NCBI RefSeq assembly: GCF_009914755.1
Contig: NC_060927.1
Origin: the human T2T-CHM13v2.0 reference genome, Homo sapiens
Length of the DNA stretch: 64,000 nt
Direction: 5' to 3' (one strand)
The stretch's first letter is position 1, and each line of letters begins with the position of its first letter. Both the position numbers and the translations under genes were made by a program. Below are positions 16,980 through 30,140 of the stretch, piece after piece. Under the pieces are notes generated by a model. That model did no database searches, had not been told where the DNA came from, and worked only from the letters and a program-made list of their open reading frames with translations.

Positions 16980-17490
16980 TATGTATATCGATGTTCATAG
17001 CTGCATTATTCACAACCAAATGCCTACCAATGGATGAATGGTTCAACAAAACATTATATATATATAATGTAGATATTATATATATGGATTATTACAACAC
17101 AACAGATTATTGCTCAGTCTTAAAAGGGAATGGAATTCTGACACCTCATACAACTTGGATGGACCTTGAAAATACTATGCTAAGTGAAATAAGCCAGACA
17201 CAAAAGGGCAAATACTGTATGATTCCACCTATATGAAGTACCTAGAATAGTCAAATTCATAGAGACAGAAAGTAGAATAGTGGTTAGCAGGCAATGGGGA
17301 TATGAAGGAATAGGAAGTGTTTGTTTAATGGGTACAGAGTTTCAGTTTAGGATAATAAAAATGTTCCAGAGATGGATGATGGTGGTGATTGTACAACAAT
17401 GTGAATGTACTTAATATCACTAAACTGTACACTTAAGACTGATTAAAGTGGTAAATTTTATGTCATGTATGTCTTATCACAATAAAAAAA
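16980..17490 (+). mobile_element. L1MA/L1MB 3' end
   Basis: atgttcatagctgcattattcacaa...ggaccttgaaaatactatgctaagtgaaataagccag...cacaataaaaaaa. Confidence 0.9.
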
Positions 17491-19128
17491 TGTGAGTCTG
17501 ATACCCCGATGCTTACTCAAAACAAGAGAAATGTAATTCTGCCAACCATTTAGCCTAGTGGCTCAGACAAGTAAGACTTCCTGGGTCAGACACCATTAGG
17601 TTTTGTCCAACTAGAGAAGTAAAAAAATGCCAATAATCCATCTACATCAAAATGATAATGACATGGTGGCTCAAGGCTCTCTGCTTTTCCTCTGCCCTGT
17701 TCTGACACTAAAGGAAAAAGAGAAAGGAAGTCACTCTGTCAAAGTAATCCCTCGCCTTAGTACTTGGTACTTAACACTTGTTGACAAACTCCTTGGGAAA
17801 GAAAAAGTAACTTGCCTATCTCTGCCCCTATATCCAGAGCTGTGACAGGTGCTCCACAGATAACATTCACTGAAATTTGAGGGACTAGAACTCAATATGC
17901 TTCTATCAATTAAAATGCCCCAAGTGGTGGTTATGCTAGTTGGAATGTGAATACAGAAGACATGCTCTCTGACTTTTAAGATCATATAATCTAGTTGAGG
18001 GGATGAGAACTTATAATGACATAATAATGAACATAATATAATTAGCTGCTAAATTGTGTAGTACAGATTATAAGTACTCTAGGAGGTCATAAAAATGTCT
18101 AACATCATGTAGAAATGAATAATGAGTTGGGAAATCTTCACTTACTATGTACTTGCAGAAGCAGAGAAAGCTATAAAATGGACTAAAGGCTTTTAAAAGT
18201 ATCCATTATATTTTAATTTTATGTGTAATACACCTTGTCTACCAAACAGTCCCTTTCTTAACGTTTTTTCTGGATTTTCTTTTTCCTCAGCCTTGCTTAC
18301 AAGTAATTAGAAAATGCCTCAGAGGACAATAAGTAAATATTCCAACAACCATTCAAAAGAATGTGTAAATTACTGTAAAACAGAGGTACTCAATGAAAAT
18401 TAGTAACTTCAGTCTTCATAAAATTAAACCTCTTATTCAAAGCTTGATTTGTTCAGACAAAGCCAAGAAGAAATAGATTAACCGACTCCCCTCCTTCCCA
18501 AGTGCGGGCTAATGAGATCCAGGGAAAATTTTATTCATTTAGCATCAGAATTCAGACCATTTGCTTGAAAATGGGAATTTCACAGCACTCTGCATGGCAT
18601 AGATCAAAACAGACATGAGTTTTGTTTCTATAAAGACCCCAACTGTGAGTGTGTGTACCTTTTTGTTCTGGAACCCTAAACATTAAAAGCCATATGGCTA
18701 TGTAGCTTAAGCAGTGAACTGAAGAAAGTAGGCATTAAATTCTATTTCCTAGACTGCTACCCGCTATAATCTCTCTCATCACTTCCTTCATCCTTTCACC
18801 CTAAGGAACTATCAAGCATTCAGCTCTGTTAAATTTCAGTAAATAGAGAGCAACTTGGTATTTCTCAATCAACTACTAGCTTCACATAATACTGGCAAGA
18901 CATGAGGGTGTTTTAGGTAATCTATTGTGGCATAACAAACTACCTCAATACTAAGTGGCTTAAAACAACAATTTTGTTTTACTCATCATTTTGTGGATCA
19001 GTTTAGGACGGGTCAGCTTGGTGGTTCACCACTGATCCACTTGGTGCCAGCTGTTAGCCTGGGCCAGAGGACCAACGTTCAAGATGGCTTCCTTCCTTTA
19101 ATGTCTTGCACTTCCCATGGTGTTTCTG

Positions 19129-19200
19129 GTCTCCCTCTCCTCTCTCCCCTCTCCCCTCTCCCCTCTCCATCTCCCTCTCCCTCTCTGTCTCCCTCTCCCT
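19129..19200. repeat. CT-rich (CTCTCC)n-like simple repeat
   Basis: near-pure pyrimidine tract. Confidence 0.9.
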
Positions 19201-19203
19201 CGG

Positions 19204-19357
19204 CAGGTCCAGAACTAGTGTGAATCGAGTTAAGAGAGGTGCCTTGGGTGCAAAATTTAAGGGACACTTCTTCTCAGTGTCATGCAAATGCACCTCAGAG
19301 CACCTCCTTAAATTTTGTACAAGGCACCTCTCTTGCCTCACCCTGGCCCTGGCCCTG
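19204..19357. mobile_element. MER96-like palindromic hAT-Tip100 MITE
   Basis: arms aagagaggtgccttgggtgcaaaatttaagg and ccttaaattttgtacaaggcacctctctt; ends cagg...ccctg. Confidence 0.8.
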
Positions 19358-19879
19358 CCTCCAGGGCCTCTCTACATAGCTCCATGGCTCAGGCTTCTTA
19401 CAGCTTGGTGCTCTCAGGGTAGGAAAGGGGCAGGAAAAGTCTATGCGTATATTAATAATTGGCAAGGTGTCACTTTCACCCTATTCTATTGGTCAAAACA
19501 GTCACTGGGTCTGCCCGGATGCACAGGTAGAGAAACAGATACTACCTATTGATAAGGCTGTGAGAAGATCTCATTACAAAGAGCAAGTGGTATGAGAGAC
19601 ATTGCTGCAGCCATCTTTGAAAAAATACATTCTTCTACATCTTCCCTTATAAACTATCCTTCACTTTATCCATGGAACACTGCTGTGATATCCTCATTAA
19701 TATCCTCATCTCTAAACTTCATTTTCAGCTCAGCATGCTATAGCATACCTCCACCAGACCTTCCTGTTATTATCTCATTAGCACCCTTACTTAAAGTTTC
19801 TAGTGGCCCCCGACTTATAAATAAAACCCACACTCTTCCACCTTCATTTAAAGTGTTTCATAATTTGGTCCATCTCACC

Positions 19880-20773
19880 TGTTATGGATTGAATTGTTTC
19901 CGCTAAAAGATATGTTCAAGGCATAACTCCTGGCTATGGTTTGAAAGTTTCTCCACCAAAATTCAAGTGCTGCCAATGTGATAGTATTAAGAGGTATTGC
20001 CTCTAAAAGGTGATTAGGCATGAGAGCTCCTCCCTTGTGAATGAGATTAGTTGCTCTTATAAAAGGGCTTGATGGAGAGAGTTCATCCTTTTTTGCCATT
20101 TTGTCTTCTGCTGTGTGAAGACACAGCATTCATCCTCTCTAGAGGATGCAGCATTCCAGGCGCCATCTTGGAGGCAGAGACTGGACCATCACTGGACAAT
20201 AAACCCGCTGGTGCCTTGATCTTGGACTTCACAGCCTCTAGAACTATGAGAAATAAATTTCTGGTCTTTATGAATTACTGAGTCTATGGTATTTTGTTAT
20301 GGCAGCACAAACAGACTAAATTACCCAGACCTGTAAATGTGAGCTTCTTTGGAAATGTGGTTTTTGCAGATGTCATCAAGTAAAAGTGAGGTCACACTGG
20401 ATTAAGTCAGGCCCTAATCTCATGACTAGTGTCTTTATTGAAAAAAAAAAAAAAAGAGAGATAGAGAGAGAGAGATTTGGACACAGAGATACAGAGGAGA
20501 CACAGGAAGGAAGGTCATGTGAAGACAATGGCAGAGATTGGAGGGATGCATATAAAAGCCAAAGAATGCCAATGATTGCCAAGAGACAAAGATAGAAAGA
20601 GACAAAGGAAGATTCTTCTCCAGAGCCTTGATAGGTAGCATGGATGGCCAGGTCAAAACCTTGATTTCAAACTTCTGGCCTCCTGACTATGGAAGAGCAA
20701 ATTTCTTTGCTCTTCTTTGTTTTCAGCCACAAAGTTTGTGGTAATTTGGCATAGCAGCCCTAGGAAACTAACA
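19880..20773 (+). mobile_element. MLT1B/C-like LTR split by an MST LTR
   Basis: tgttatggattgaattgt start, resumes ~20323, ends tagcagccctaggaaactaaca. Confidence 0.8.
19933..20322 (+). mobile_element. MST (MSTC/MSTD-like) solo LTR
   Basis: ctatggtttgaa...gccaatgtgatagtattaagagg...ggcgccatcttggaggcagag...gcagcacaaacagactaa. Confidence 0.85.
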
Positions 20774-21499
20774 TACCATCTATCCAGGTCTACCTCTCCC
20801 ACGGCTTCCAAACATTCACCCTTCATACAGACAGAGGTCTCTTCCCTGTCTCCATCTTCCAATTCATTACCACACCTGTTTGTCCTTTCCTTCTTCTATA
20901 AGTAGCAAAGCATAGCAGTGTGCACAGCTATAAATTGTCTCTGAGTTAGAACTGTCTTCTTCTACTGTTCTGGTGGGCAGGGCACTTGTCCCAAGTGCTG
21001 AGTCAGAGTACACTTGGTACAGAGGCATTTCATGCATTTGTTAACTAAAATAAAAAGTGAATAGATATTAAGGTTTTTTAGTAAGTGCTTAGAGTTATAA
21101 ATAGAATTACTTATCACATTGTTTATTGAAAACAATTGTTTAGGTGACACAGCAATTTATAGAAAACAGATCTGCAAAGCTATAGAAGTCCTTCCTTAGC
21201 TATCTACCACCTACCTGTCGTAAATTATATAAATTACAGTGGCTTTAATTAACTGGACCAAAAATGACTTCCAAATAGTAATTCAATAACCTAGACCTCT
21301 AGCAAGGTTGCCCCCATTATTATCATTTTGATGGTTGGAACAGTATATGAAAAGCTCCTTAAGGAATTAGAGAGATCATCTATATTCTTTTTAAATAACA
21401 ATAGGGATTAGACAGTTTATAGTACATATTGGTCACACAGTTATGAGTATAAATCATGCCACAGATTTGAAAGACAGTATCTGATATGCGAAAGAAATT

Positions 21500-21680
21500 G
21501 TTCTGTGATGGCTGATCTACAGCTGGAGCCTGGACACCCTGGTTATGTGTATGTTCCACATCTTAGCAGACAACCTGGAAGGCATTCAGAGGAGTGAGCA
21601 AAATGGTGAAGAGGCTTGAGGAACAGCAGAGTAATGCAGTGATGTTTCAGTTGAAGAACAGATGTCTCAGAAGAAATTCA
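21500..21680 (+). mobile_element. L3/CR1 LINE fragment
   Basis: cctggaaggcattcagaggagtgagcaaaatggtgaagaggcttgagg...gatgtttcagttgaagaacaga resembles the CR1 3' ORF2 end. Confidence 0.55.
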
Positions 21681-22509
21681 ATTTCGTTCATGTATAAGAA
21701 ATATTTTTCTAAAAAATAATTATGCTTACTTCTTTGTACCCTAAATAGAAAAGCTAAGCCAATAAATGAAAGATAAAGATAAATTTTGAATTGTCATAAG
21801 ATTCCTAAAAATAAGGTTAGTAATTGTGAATTGTCCCTGGAAATGTTCACGCAAAGGTCTGTAACTTCTCAACAAGAATATCTCATTTATCTTTGTAGTC
21901 CTCATGCATAGCACAGTTCCAACATATAATAACTGATCAATATACATCTGATAAATAAAGTGAAATTCAAGTAACTGATGGTAGTTTGGATTAAATGTTT
22001 CCTTACAAACCTAGGATTCCCATATTTTAGGATTCCAAAATAAGCTCAACTATGAGTCACTAATTTTTCCTTTCAATGTGTCACATAGTCATAATTTCCT
22101 TTATACTGGATGTGTACTCCTCAGGAAATTAAAGAAGGATCCCAAACATCTTATTGGGAACATTTTAGGTAGTACCATGCAGTAATTAAGTGCAAAATAT
22201 GAAACACTTAAGAAACTTCAAAGGCACATATTTACACATATACTATTAATCTAAAATTTCCCTCATTCAAGGCAAAAATGGGCCGCAATTTACCAAATCT
22301 GTATCACAGACATTATGCTTAGTGCTTTAATATTCATTCAAAAGTATTTATTGAACACTGACTGTGTGCCACACACATGTAATATTTATAACCAATTTAG
22401 CAAGGTAGGTATTAATATCTCCATATGAAAGCCAAAGGAGTTATGTAACTTGTCCAAGTTCAGGCACCGCAAGTCCATATACAGCCTTTGTACAAATTTA
22501 AAAAAAAAC

Positions 22510-22878
<369 letters not shown>

Positions 22879-23880
22879 TTATTAAAACCAGACACTTTAC
22901 TGCTCACAAAATTATCTTAATAAATAACCAAATTTATAATGTCTATAAGTAGCATACACTTTAGATGTGTTTTTTTGTGGAATTCACAATCCACTCAACA
23001 GTAAATGACAATCCTGTATGAGCTATAAGGACAGAACCAGAAATTTCACTCCAAAGTACCATCATTTACTCCCACCCTAAATGAGAATGATCAGTAATTT
23101 CACATAAATTCTGGCTGCATATGACTGCTGTCTCCGTTCAGCACTGTTTCATTCTCAAAGTACTCATAAAATGTATTTCTGTGGACATAAACCCACTGAA
23201 TACATGGAAAGCAATTAATACTGGATGGCTACGAAGGTTTCTCAAGAGAACCCCTCATCAGCCTCTCCAGGCAAGAACTGCTTCTCCAAAGCCTGATTTT
23301 ACCTACTAGGAAATTGAAAAATATTCTTAAGAATAGTATAAAACAGTTGTTCTCATAAATATCACCCAAATAACTCAATCTAAACCTTAAGGTCTAATTA
23401 TTACAAAAATGACTTGAATCAGATTTCACTCTGATGTGAAAGTGCTTCAGCTCAGTATTCAGTCAAATTATGGAAGATATTAAGATAAGAGGGGTTCTGC
23501 CTTTTCCTAGAGATGATATGCCAGAGTGTGAAATGGCCTTAACACCCATTGAGAATAAAAATGCCCTTAGATAGAGCAATGCATGTGTACATGATGCTTT
23601 ACTCATCCAAGCCACTCTTTTTGGGTTTCTATTGTGTTGTAGGTTTTGTGTTAGGTGCTGAGGACACAGTAACAATCAGATCGATCCAGACCACACTGTG
23701 CTCTCATTCCAGCTGACAAAATTGTCAAAAAAGAAAAATGCAATAAGTGCTACAACAGAGATCTAGACAAAGTGTAGCAGGGCCACTTGGTGGGACCCTG
23801 CTTTGTCCCACACACAGAATTTCTTGGAATTTAGGTAAATAGAGCTCATGATAATGTAAGTAAGCTTTAAAATTAACTTA

Positions 23881-24246
<366 letters not shown>

Positions 24247-24895
24247 TCATCAATTATTATATCTAATATATAATAGATGTAAAATGAATAAATAAATGAA
24301 CTTTCCAGCTTACAAATTAGACTTGGGCTATAAGCAAGCATCTACATCAATTATAAAAGAAGTGTTCATGAATACAAAATATTTTTAAATACCCAAAAGC
24401 CTAAGGCAATTTGAATTGAGGAGAGATGCAATTTAAATACAAACCTCATACTGACCAACTTAAAAGATACATAAATTATTTGTGTTGTCTATTTGGGCTA
24501 CTTAATCATGTATTTTCAGCATCTCAGTAACACAGTTTTTTTTTTTTTTCAGTCACGTGGACCTTCTTTTTTCTTCTAAATCTCAACCATATTATCTATA
24601 TGGCTGTGCAAGGAAGATCAATAAGGAGGAGCTCTAACAATTTCCATTGGTTTTCTGCAATCCAAACCGAGATGATCCAGGCTTAAACAAGACGTAGGGA
24701 GTCTAGGGGTAGAGAAAGGCTGATTCTTTGCTGTATCTTACAGGAGGTCTACGCTTATGAATTCCAGCTTTTCAGGTGGATAATTTGACATGAAGGTTTG
24801 TTCTTTGAACATTTTTAATCATTCTATCCTGCCTCCCAAGGCTCCCAAGAGACATTTTACTGAAATAGAAGTAAAATGCTAAATACTTTACTCAC

Positions 24896-24960
24896 CTTTT
24901 CCTCTAATTCTGTGTTTTGACCTTTTTTAAGTTTTCATCTCACATGCTATTATAAATAAC
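24896..24960 (-). other. candidate 65-nt non-coding internal exon
   Basis: minus strand: atgttcctgtcctcag|GTTATTT...GAGGAAAAG|gtgagt, consensus acceptor and donor. Confidence 0.45.
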
Positions 24961-25750
24961 CTGAGGACAGGAACATAGTCTGTGCAGTTCTCTCTAATCA
25001 GCATCTATTCCAGCACCCTATGCAATGAAACACTCACAAAATATTTCCTAGTGATTAGACAATAGTTTACTGTCTAATTGAAATGAAACTCAAAAGTTGG
25101 GACCTTGTTTTAACATACTTTATGCAATGTCTGATGTGAAGGAAAATCACAAAATATGAGAATTAAAAGAAGCCTTGAAACTATTTTGTTATTATCAACA
25201 ATTTATTTTTTTAACCCTGTGAACTTCCTCCATCCAAATTTCTACCACTACCACGTAACAGAAAATAGTTCCAAACTTTCTATGAAGAGTCCCTGGAACC
25301 ATAGAAGGGGAAGAAAAGAGATCATATACACCACAATACATTTGCAGAGAAGATCCACTTCTCAGTAACTTAATGAAATTTTGGAACCACTTAGGGCTAC
25401 AACTTTGTTAGATATTAGTATTCAATACAATTTAAGTAAAACAAATAAGAGCAGACAATTTGGGTTGCAAACAGTTCAGAAGGCAAAACCAAGTTTCAAT
25501 TAACTGTAAATTTTGTACAGCGAAACACTAGTAAGTTAGTTCTTGATTCTAAAAAAAAGTAAGTTTAAATTTCTTTTTCTAAACTTATCGGCTCTCCGGG
25601 ATTGATAAAAAATGCAAATTCCCACCCTATCTTTGGTAGGTGCGTGTACACAGATCTGACAAGAAACTACACAAAGGGAAATGTTAAAAGTTGATCCTTC
25701 TTAGCAACATAAGAAAACCATTAAAGAGAAATATTTCCGCAGATACTTAC

Positions 25751-25812
25751 AAGGTGAAATTTTTGTGTTCTAGCTTTTTTCACTAATGAACTTTCTCATC
25801 GCCCCTAAGAGT
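25751..25812 (-). other. candidate 62-nt non-coding internal exon
   Basis: minus strand: atttgtttgtattcag|ACTCTT...CACCTT|gtaagt; stops in all three frames. Confidence 0.3.
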
Positions 25813-26346
25813 CTGAATACAAACAAATATTTCTAGTTCTTCCTATAGGTCTACATAAATTCCCTCCAACTTCACTTTTCTCCTTTCCTGAAATCAAATG
25901 TACAACTGTTTTACATAGGAGCAGCATAATGCTAGGCAATTAGTAAGTGTGTTGGTGTTCATAACAGAGATTTATTGCAACTATATGCAAACATTGTACT
26001 ATGGATTGAGCAAAATTACATAAACAGAATAGCCAGTATTCCTGATTTGAAATTTAAATATCAATACAAATAAAATGAAATAGTAAAGAGTAGAACGGAG
26101 AAATGGGAGGGGATGTGGATGGGATGCGGGGGAGGGGATAGGATAAACTGATAGAATAAAAGATAATGGGGAGATTATTTTCTTACTCTTGGCCCCACCT
26201 CACTCTTCCATGATTATCATGCTATGGTTCTACAGTTTTCTAAATTACTATAAAAGTCTTAAAGACATAGCCTGCCCTGTGTTTCTTCTCATCTTTAGCA
26301 CTGCCCAAATGGAGAATATAACTTTGAGAAAATAAATATTAATAAG

Positions 26347-28532
26347 TGATATGGTTTGGCTATGCCCCCACTCAAATCTCATCTTGAATTCCCACGTGTT
26401 GTGGGAGGGACCCAGTGGGAAGTAACTGAATCATGGGGGCAAGTCTTTCCCATGCTGTTCTCTTGATAGTAAGTTTCATGAGATCTGATGGTTTTAAAAA
26501 GAGGAATTCCCCAGGCTTCCCCGGCCACATGGAACTAATCCAGTTAAACCCTTTTCTTTTGTAAATTGCCCAGTCTCAGGTATGTCTTTATCAGCAGCAT
26601 GAAAAATGGACTAATACAGTAAATTGGTACCAGTAGAGTGGGGTGTGGCTGAAAAGACACCCAAAAATGTGAAAGCAACTTTGGAACTGGGTAATAGGTA
26701 GAGGTTAGAACAGTTTGGAGGGCTCATAGGAAGACAGGAAAATGTGGGACACTTTGGAACTTCCTAAAGACTTGTTGAATGGCTTTGACCAAAAGCCTGA
26801 TAGCAACATAGATAATAAGGTCCAAGCTGAGGTGGTCTCAGATGGAGATGAGGGACTTGTTGGGAACTGGAGCAAAGGTAACTCTTGTTATGTGTTAGCA
26901 AAGAGACTGGCAGCATTTTGCTCCTGCCCTAGAGATTTGTGGAACTTTGAACTTGAGAGAGATGATTTAGGGTATCTGGCAGAAGAAATTTCTAAGCAGC
27001 AAAGCATTTAAGATGTGACTTCAGTGCTATTAAATGCATTCAGTTTATAAGGGAAGCAGAGCATAAAAAGTTTGGAAAATTTGCAGCTTGACAATGTGAT
27101 AGAAAAGAAAAACCCATTTTCTGAGGAGAAATTCAAACTGGCTGCAGAAATTTGCATAAGTAACGAGGAGCTGAATGTTAATCCCCAAGACAATGGGAAA
27201 GGTGTCTCCAGGGCAAGTCAGAGGTCTTCATGGCAGTCCCTCCCATCACAGGCCAGAAGGCCTGGGAGAAAATGGTTACCTGGGCCAGGCCCAGGGTCCC
27301 CATTCTGTGTGCAGCCTAGGGACTTGGTGCCCTGAGTCCCAGGCACTCCAGCGGTGAGTAATAGGGGCCAAGGTACAGCTCAGGCTGTTTCTTCAGAGAG
27401 TGCAAGCCCCAAACCTGGGCAGCTTCCATGTGGTGTTGGGCCTGTGGGTGCTTACAAGTCAAGATTTGAGGTTTGGGAACCTCCACCTAGATTTCAGAAG
27501 ATGTATGGAAATGTCTGGATGCCCAGGCAAAAGTTTGCTGCAGGGGTGGGGCCCTCATGGAGAACCTCTGCTAGGGCAGTGTGGAAGGGAAATGTGGGGT
27601 CAGAGCCCCCATACAGAGTCCCTACTGAGGCACAGCCTAGTGGAGCTGTGAGAAGAGGACCATCATCCTCCAGACCCCAGAATGGTGGATCCACCAACAG
27701 CTTGTGCCGTGTGCCTGGAAAAACCATAGACACTCAAGGCCAGTCCCTGAAAACAGCCAGGAGGAGTGCTGTACCCTGCAAAGCCACAGGGGCGGAGCTG
27801 CCCAAGACCATGGGAACCTACCTCTTGTGTGAGCATGACCTGGATGTGAGACATGGAGTGAAAAAAGATCATTTTGGAGCTTTAAGATTTGACTGCCCCG
27901 CTGGATTTCGGACTTGCATGGGGCCTGTAGCAACTTTCTTTTGGCCAATGTCTCCCATTTGGAATGGCTACCCAATGCCTGTACCCACATTGTATCCAGG
28001 AAGTAACTAACTTGCTTTTGATTTTACAGGCTCATAGGCAGAAGGGACTTGCCTTGTATCAGATGTGGACTTTTGAGTGAATGCTGAAATGAGTTAAGAC
28101 TTTGGGGGACTGTTGAAAAGGCATGATTGATTTTGAAATGTGAGGACATGAGATTTGGGAGGAGCCAGGGGAGGAATGATATGGTTTGGCTGTGTCCCCA
28201 CCCAAATCGCATCTTTAATTCTCACGTGTTGTGGGAGGGACCTGGTGGGAGGTAATTGAATCACGCGGGCAAGTCTTTCCCATGCTGTTCTCATGATATG
28301 AGAAAGTTTCATGAGATCTAATGGTTTTAAAAAGAGGAATTCCCGTGCACAAGCTCTCTCTCTTTGCTTGCTGCCATCCACGTAAGACATGACTTGCTCT
28401 TCCTTGCCTTCTGTCATGATTGTAAAGCTTCCCCTGCCACGTGGAAGTTTAAGTCCAATTAAACCTCTTTCTTTTGTAAATTGCCCAGTCTCAGGTATGT
28501 CTTTATTACTAGCATGAAAACAGACTAATACA
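26347..28532 (+). mobile_element. THE1A/B (ERVL-MaLR) full provirus: LTR 26347-26618, internal 26619-28176, LTR 28177-28532
   Basis: both LTRs run tgatatggtttggct...ctaataca; internal starts gtaaattggtacc; purine tract before the 3' LTR; TSD ataag/atatg. Confidence 0.97.
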
Positions 28533-29072
28533 ATATGTCATACAAGAGAAATAGGAAATGATAGCACTAAAAGCAATGCTATGAACGTAACAGCCCCAAG
28601 CATTAAGGAATCAGGTTATTAATTGTTACCTGAAATAAACCATGTAAATGTTTTCTCAAAGTTTTATTTTTTAAAATCCATCATTGTGCCTTTGAAGTAG
28701 GAACTTTGGAAGTTTTAGAAGTGACACTCCTATAGTACTTATAGCAAAAACTACATCTTTCACGAGCAGTTTGGACTGGATTTCTACATCTATCATAACA
28801 TGGATACATTTAATTTTCTAAATATCGAACGTTTCTTCTCCAGTCGTGTTCCTCATGGAGAAAGAGTCCCAGCAAAAAAACAAATGCAGAAGCAAGGCCC
28901 CAAGCTTCTAACTACTTTTGCTGAGTGACGGGGAACGCTAGCACCTTATTAGTTAATCCCAAGGGGAAGGTCTGCCATGCAGGAACTAGCAGCCCTCAGA
29001 GTCTAAAACGTGGAACATATAACATCCTACTCGCATGCTCACACATACGCATTTGCACATGGGCTGACTTAC

Positions 29073-29340
29073 ATCCAGGAGACAGCCCCTGAGCTCTTTA
29101 CAAATTGCAGAGAAGCCCAGGAAATCAGCTCTAAAGATGATGTGCCTCTGCTCTGCTTCAGAGGCTCCAACTCATCCTAACTGCCCTGAGAGGTTTCCAT
29201 GATCAAATCCAGGAGCAGGAGGCAGAAGAGCTGAGGCTCACAAATGGCCCATCCGGGCTTTTCCGTGGAGCCCGTTTCTGCCCGACCCCCCTGAGGAATG
29301 TAAACGATCTGTTCAGGACTGAACTGCTTTACCCTCGAGG
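29073..29340 (-). other. candidate alternative first exon (5' boundary unknown)
   Basis: donor GGAT|gtaagt at 29073/29072; unique sequence with a local CpG cluster at 29254-29336. Confidence 0.35.
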
Positions 29341-30118
29341 ATGTAAATTATTCATTACCCCCTCCTTCTTGCACATTTTGCCTTTCATTTGCTCCATCTA
29401 CTCCCTGCTCTATCTTTACTAATTTATCTCTAAGCTACCTCAATTGCCTTCTGCTCTGCTCCCCTCAGAAACTTAAAAACGAAACCGGATTCATTAGCCA
29501 AATAACTGGATTAGAGTTCTCTTCAACATATCAGGCAGTAGAGAAAGTTGCTTTGTAATTTCTTTGATATTCAGCCTTTTAGAAAGCAATTCCTTAAATT
29601 ACTCTGTTTAAATCTTTGAACTACTTAACTTTCTTTGATAGCACGCTAACATTGCACTAAAACCTGTGCAATGTTATGAAAACTTTAATTTCTGTAGTCA
29701 GTGCTTCCACATGAACAGCAGGGGGCAGTAGGATATCACGAATTGAAAAAATTGTCCTGGGCTCTGAGAAACACTGTTGAATTACTGCAGTGGGTCTGTG
29801 TACTCGTGATGATCTCAGCTCTCGGATGAAGTCTTTTGTTTTGTGTCCTATTTTACAATGCACCGTTCAGTTTTCTATATGAGTTGTGGCTTAGTCACAG
29901 TATTTCACTGTGACAGCTTAGCTTAAGAAAAAGAAAGGTGCAGGAGAAAAAAAAAAGGAGGAAAAGAGAAAGAGAACATGTAAATGCTTCCAAATAAAAC
30001 ACATCATGAAAAGGAAAAAGTAATCCTGTGTATACATATAAAGTTTGTCCCTTCTCTGTTCCTATCCTGGACACAGTTTTTCTAGATTACAGACTGAATT
30101 CATCCCTATTCCTCCCCA

Positions 30119-30140
30119 ACACACACACACACACGCACAC
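30119..30140. repeat. (CA)n microsatellite, interrupted
   Basis: acacacacacacacacgcacac. Confidence 0.9.

Larger units (their letters stand above)
18908..19630 (-). mobile_element. old MLT1 LTR interrupted by a CT-rich tract and MER96
   Basis: ctattgtggcataacaaactacctcaatactaagtggcttaaaacaac...gctgcagccatctttgaaaa. Confidence 0.75.

Noticed and set aside
27354-28010. 218-aa ORF as a novel gene
   Set aside because: It lies wholly in THE1 internal sequence, has a non-ATG start, and is the usual MaLR internal remnant.
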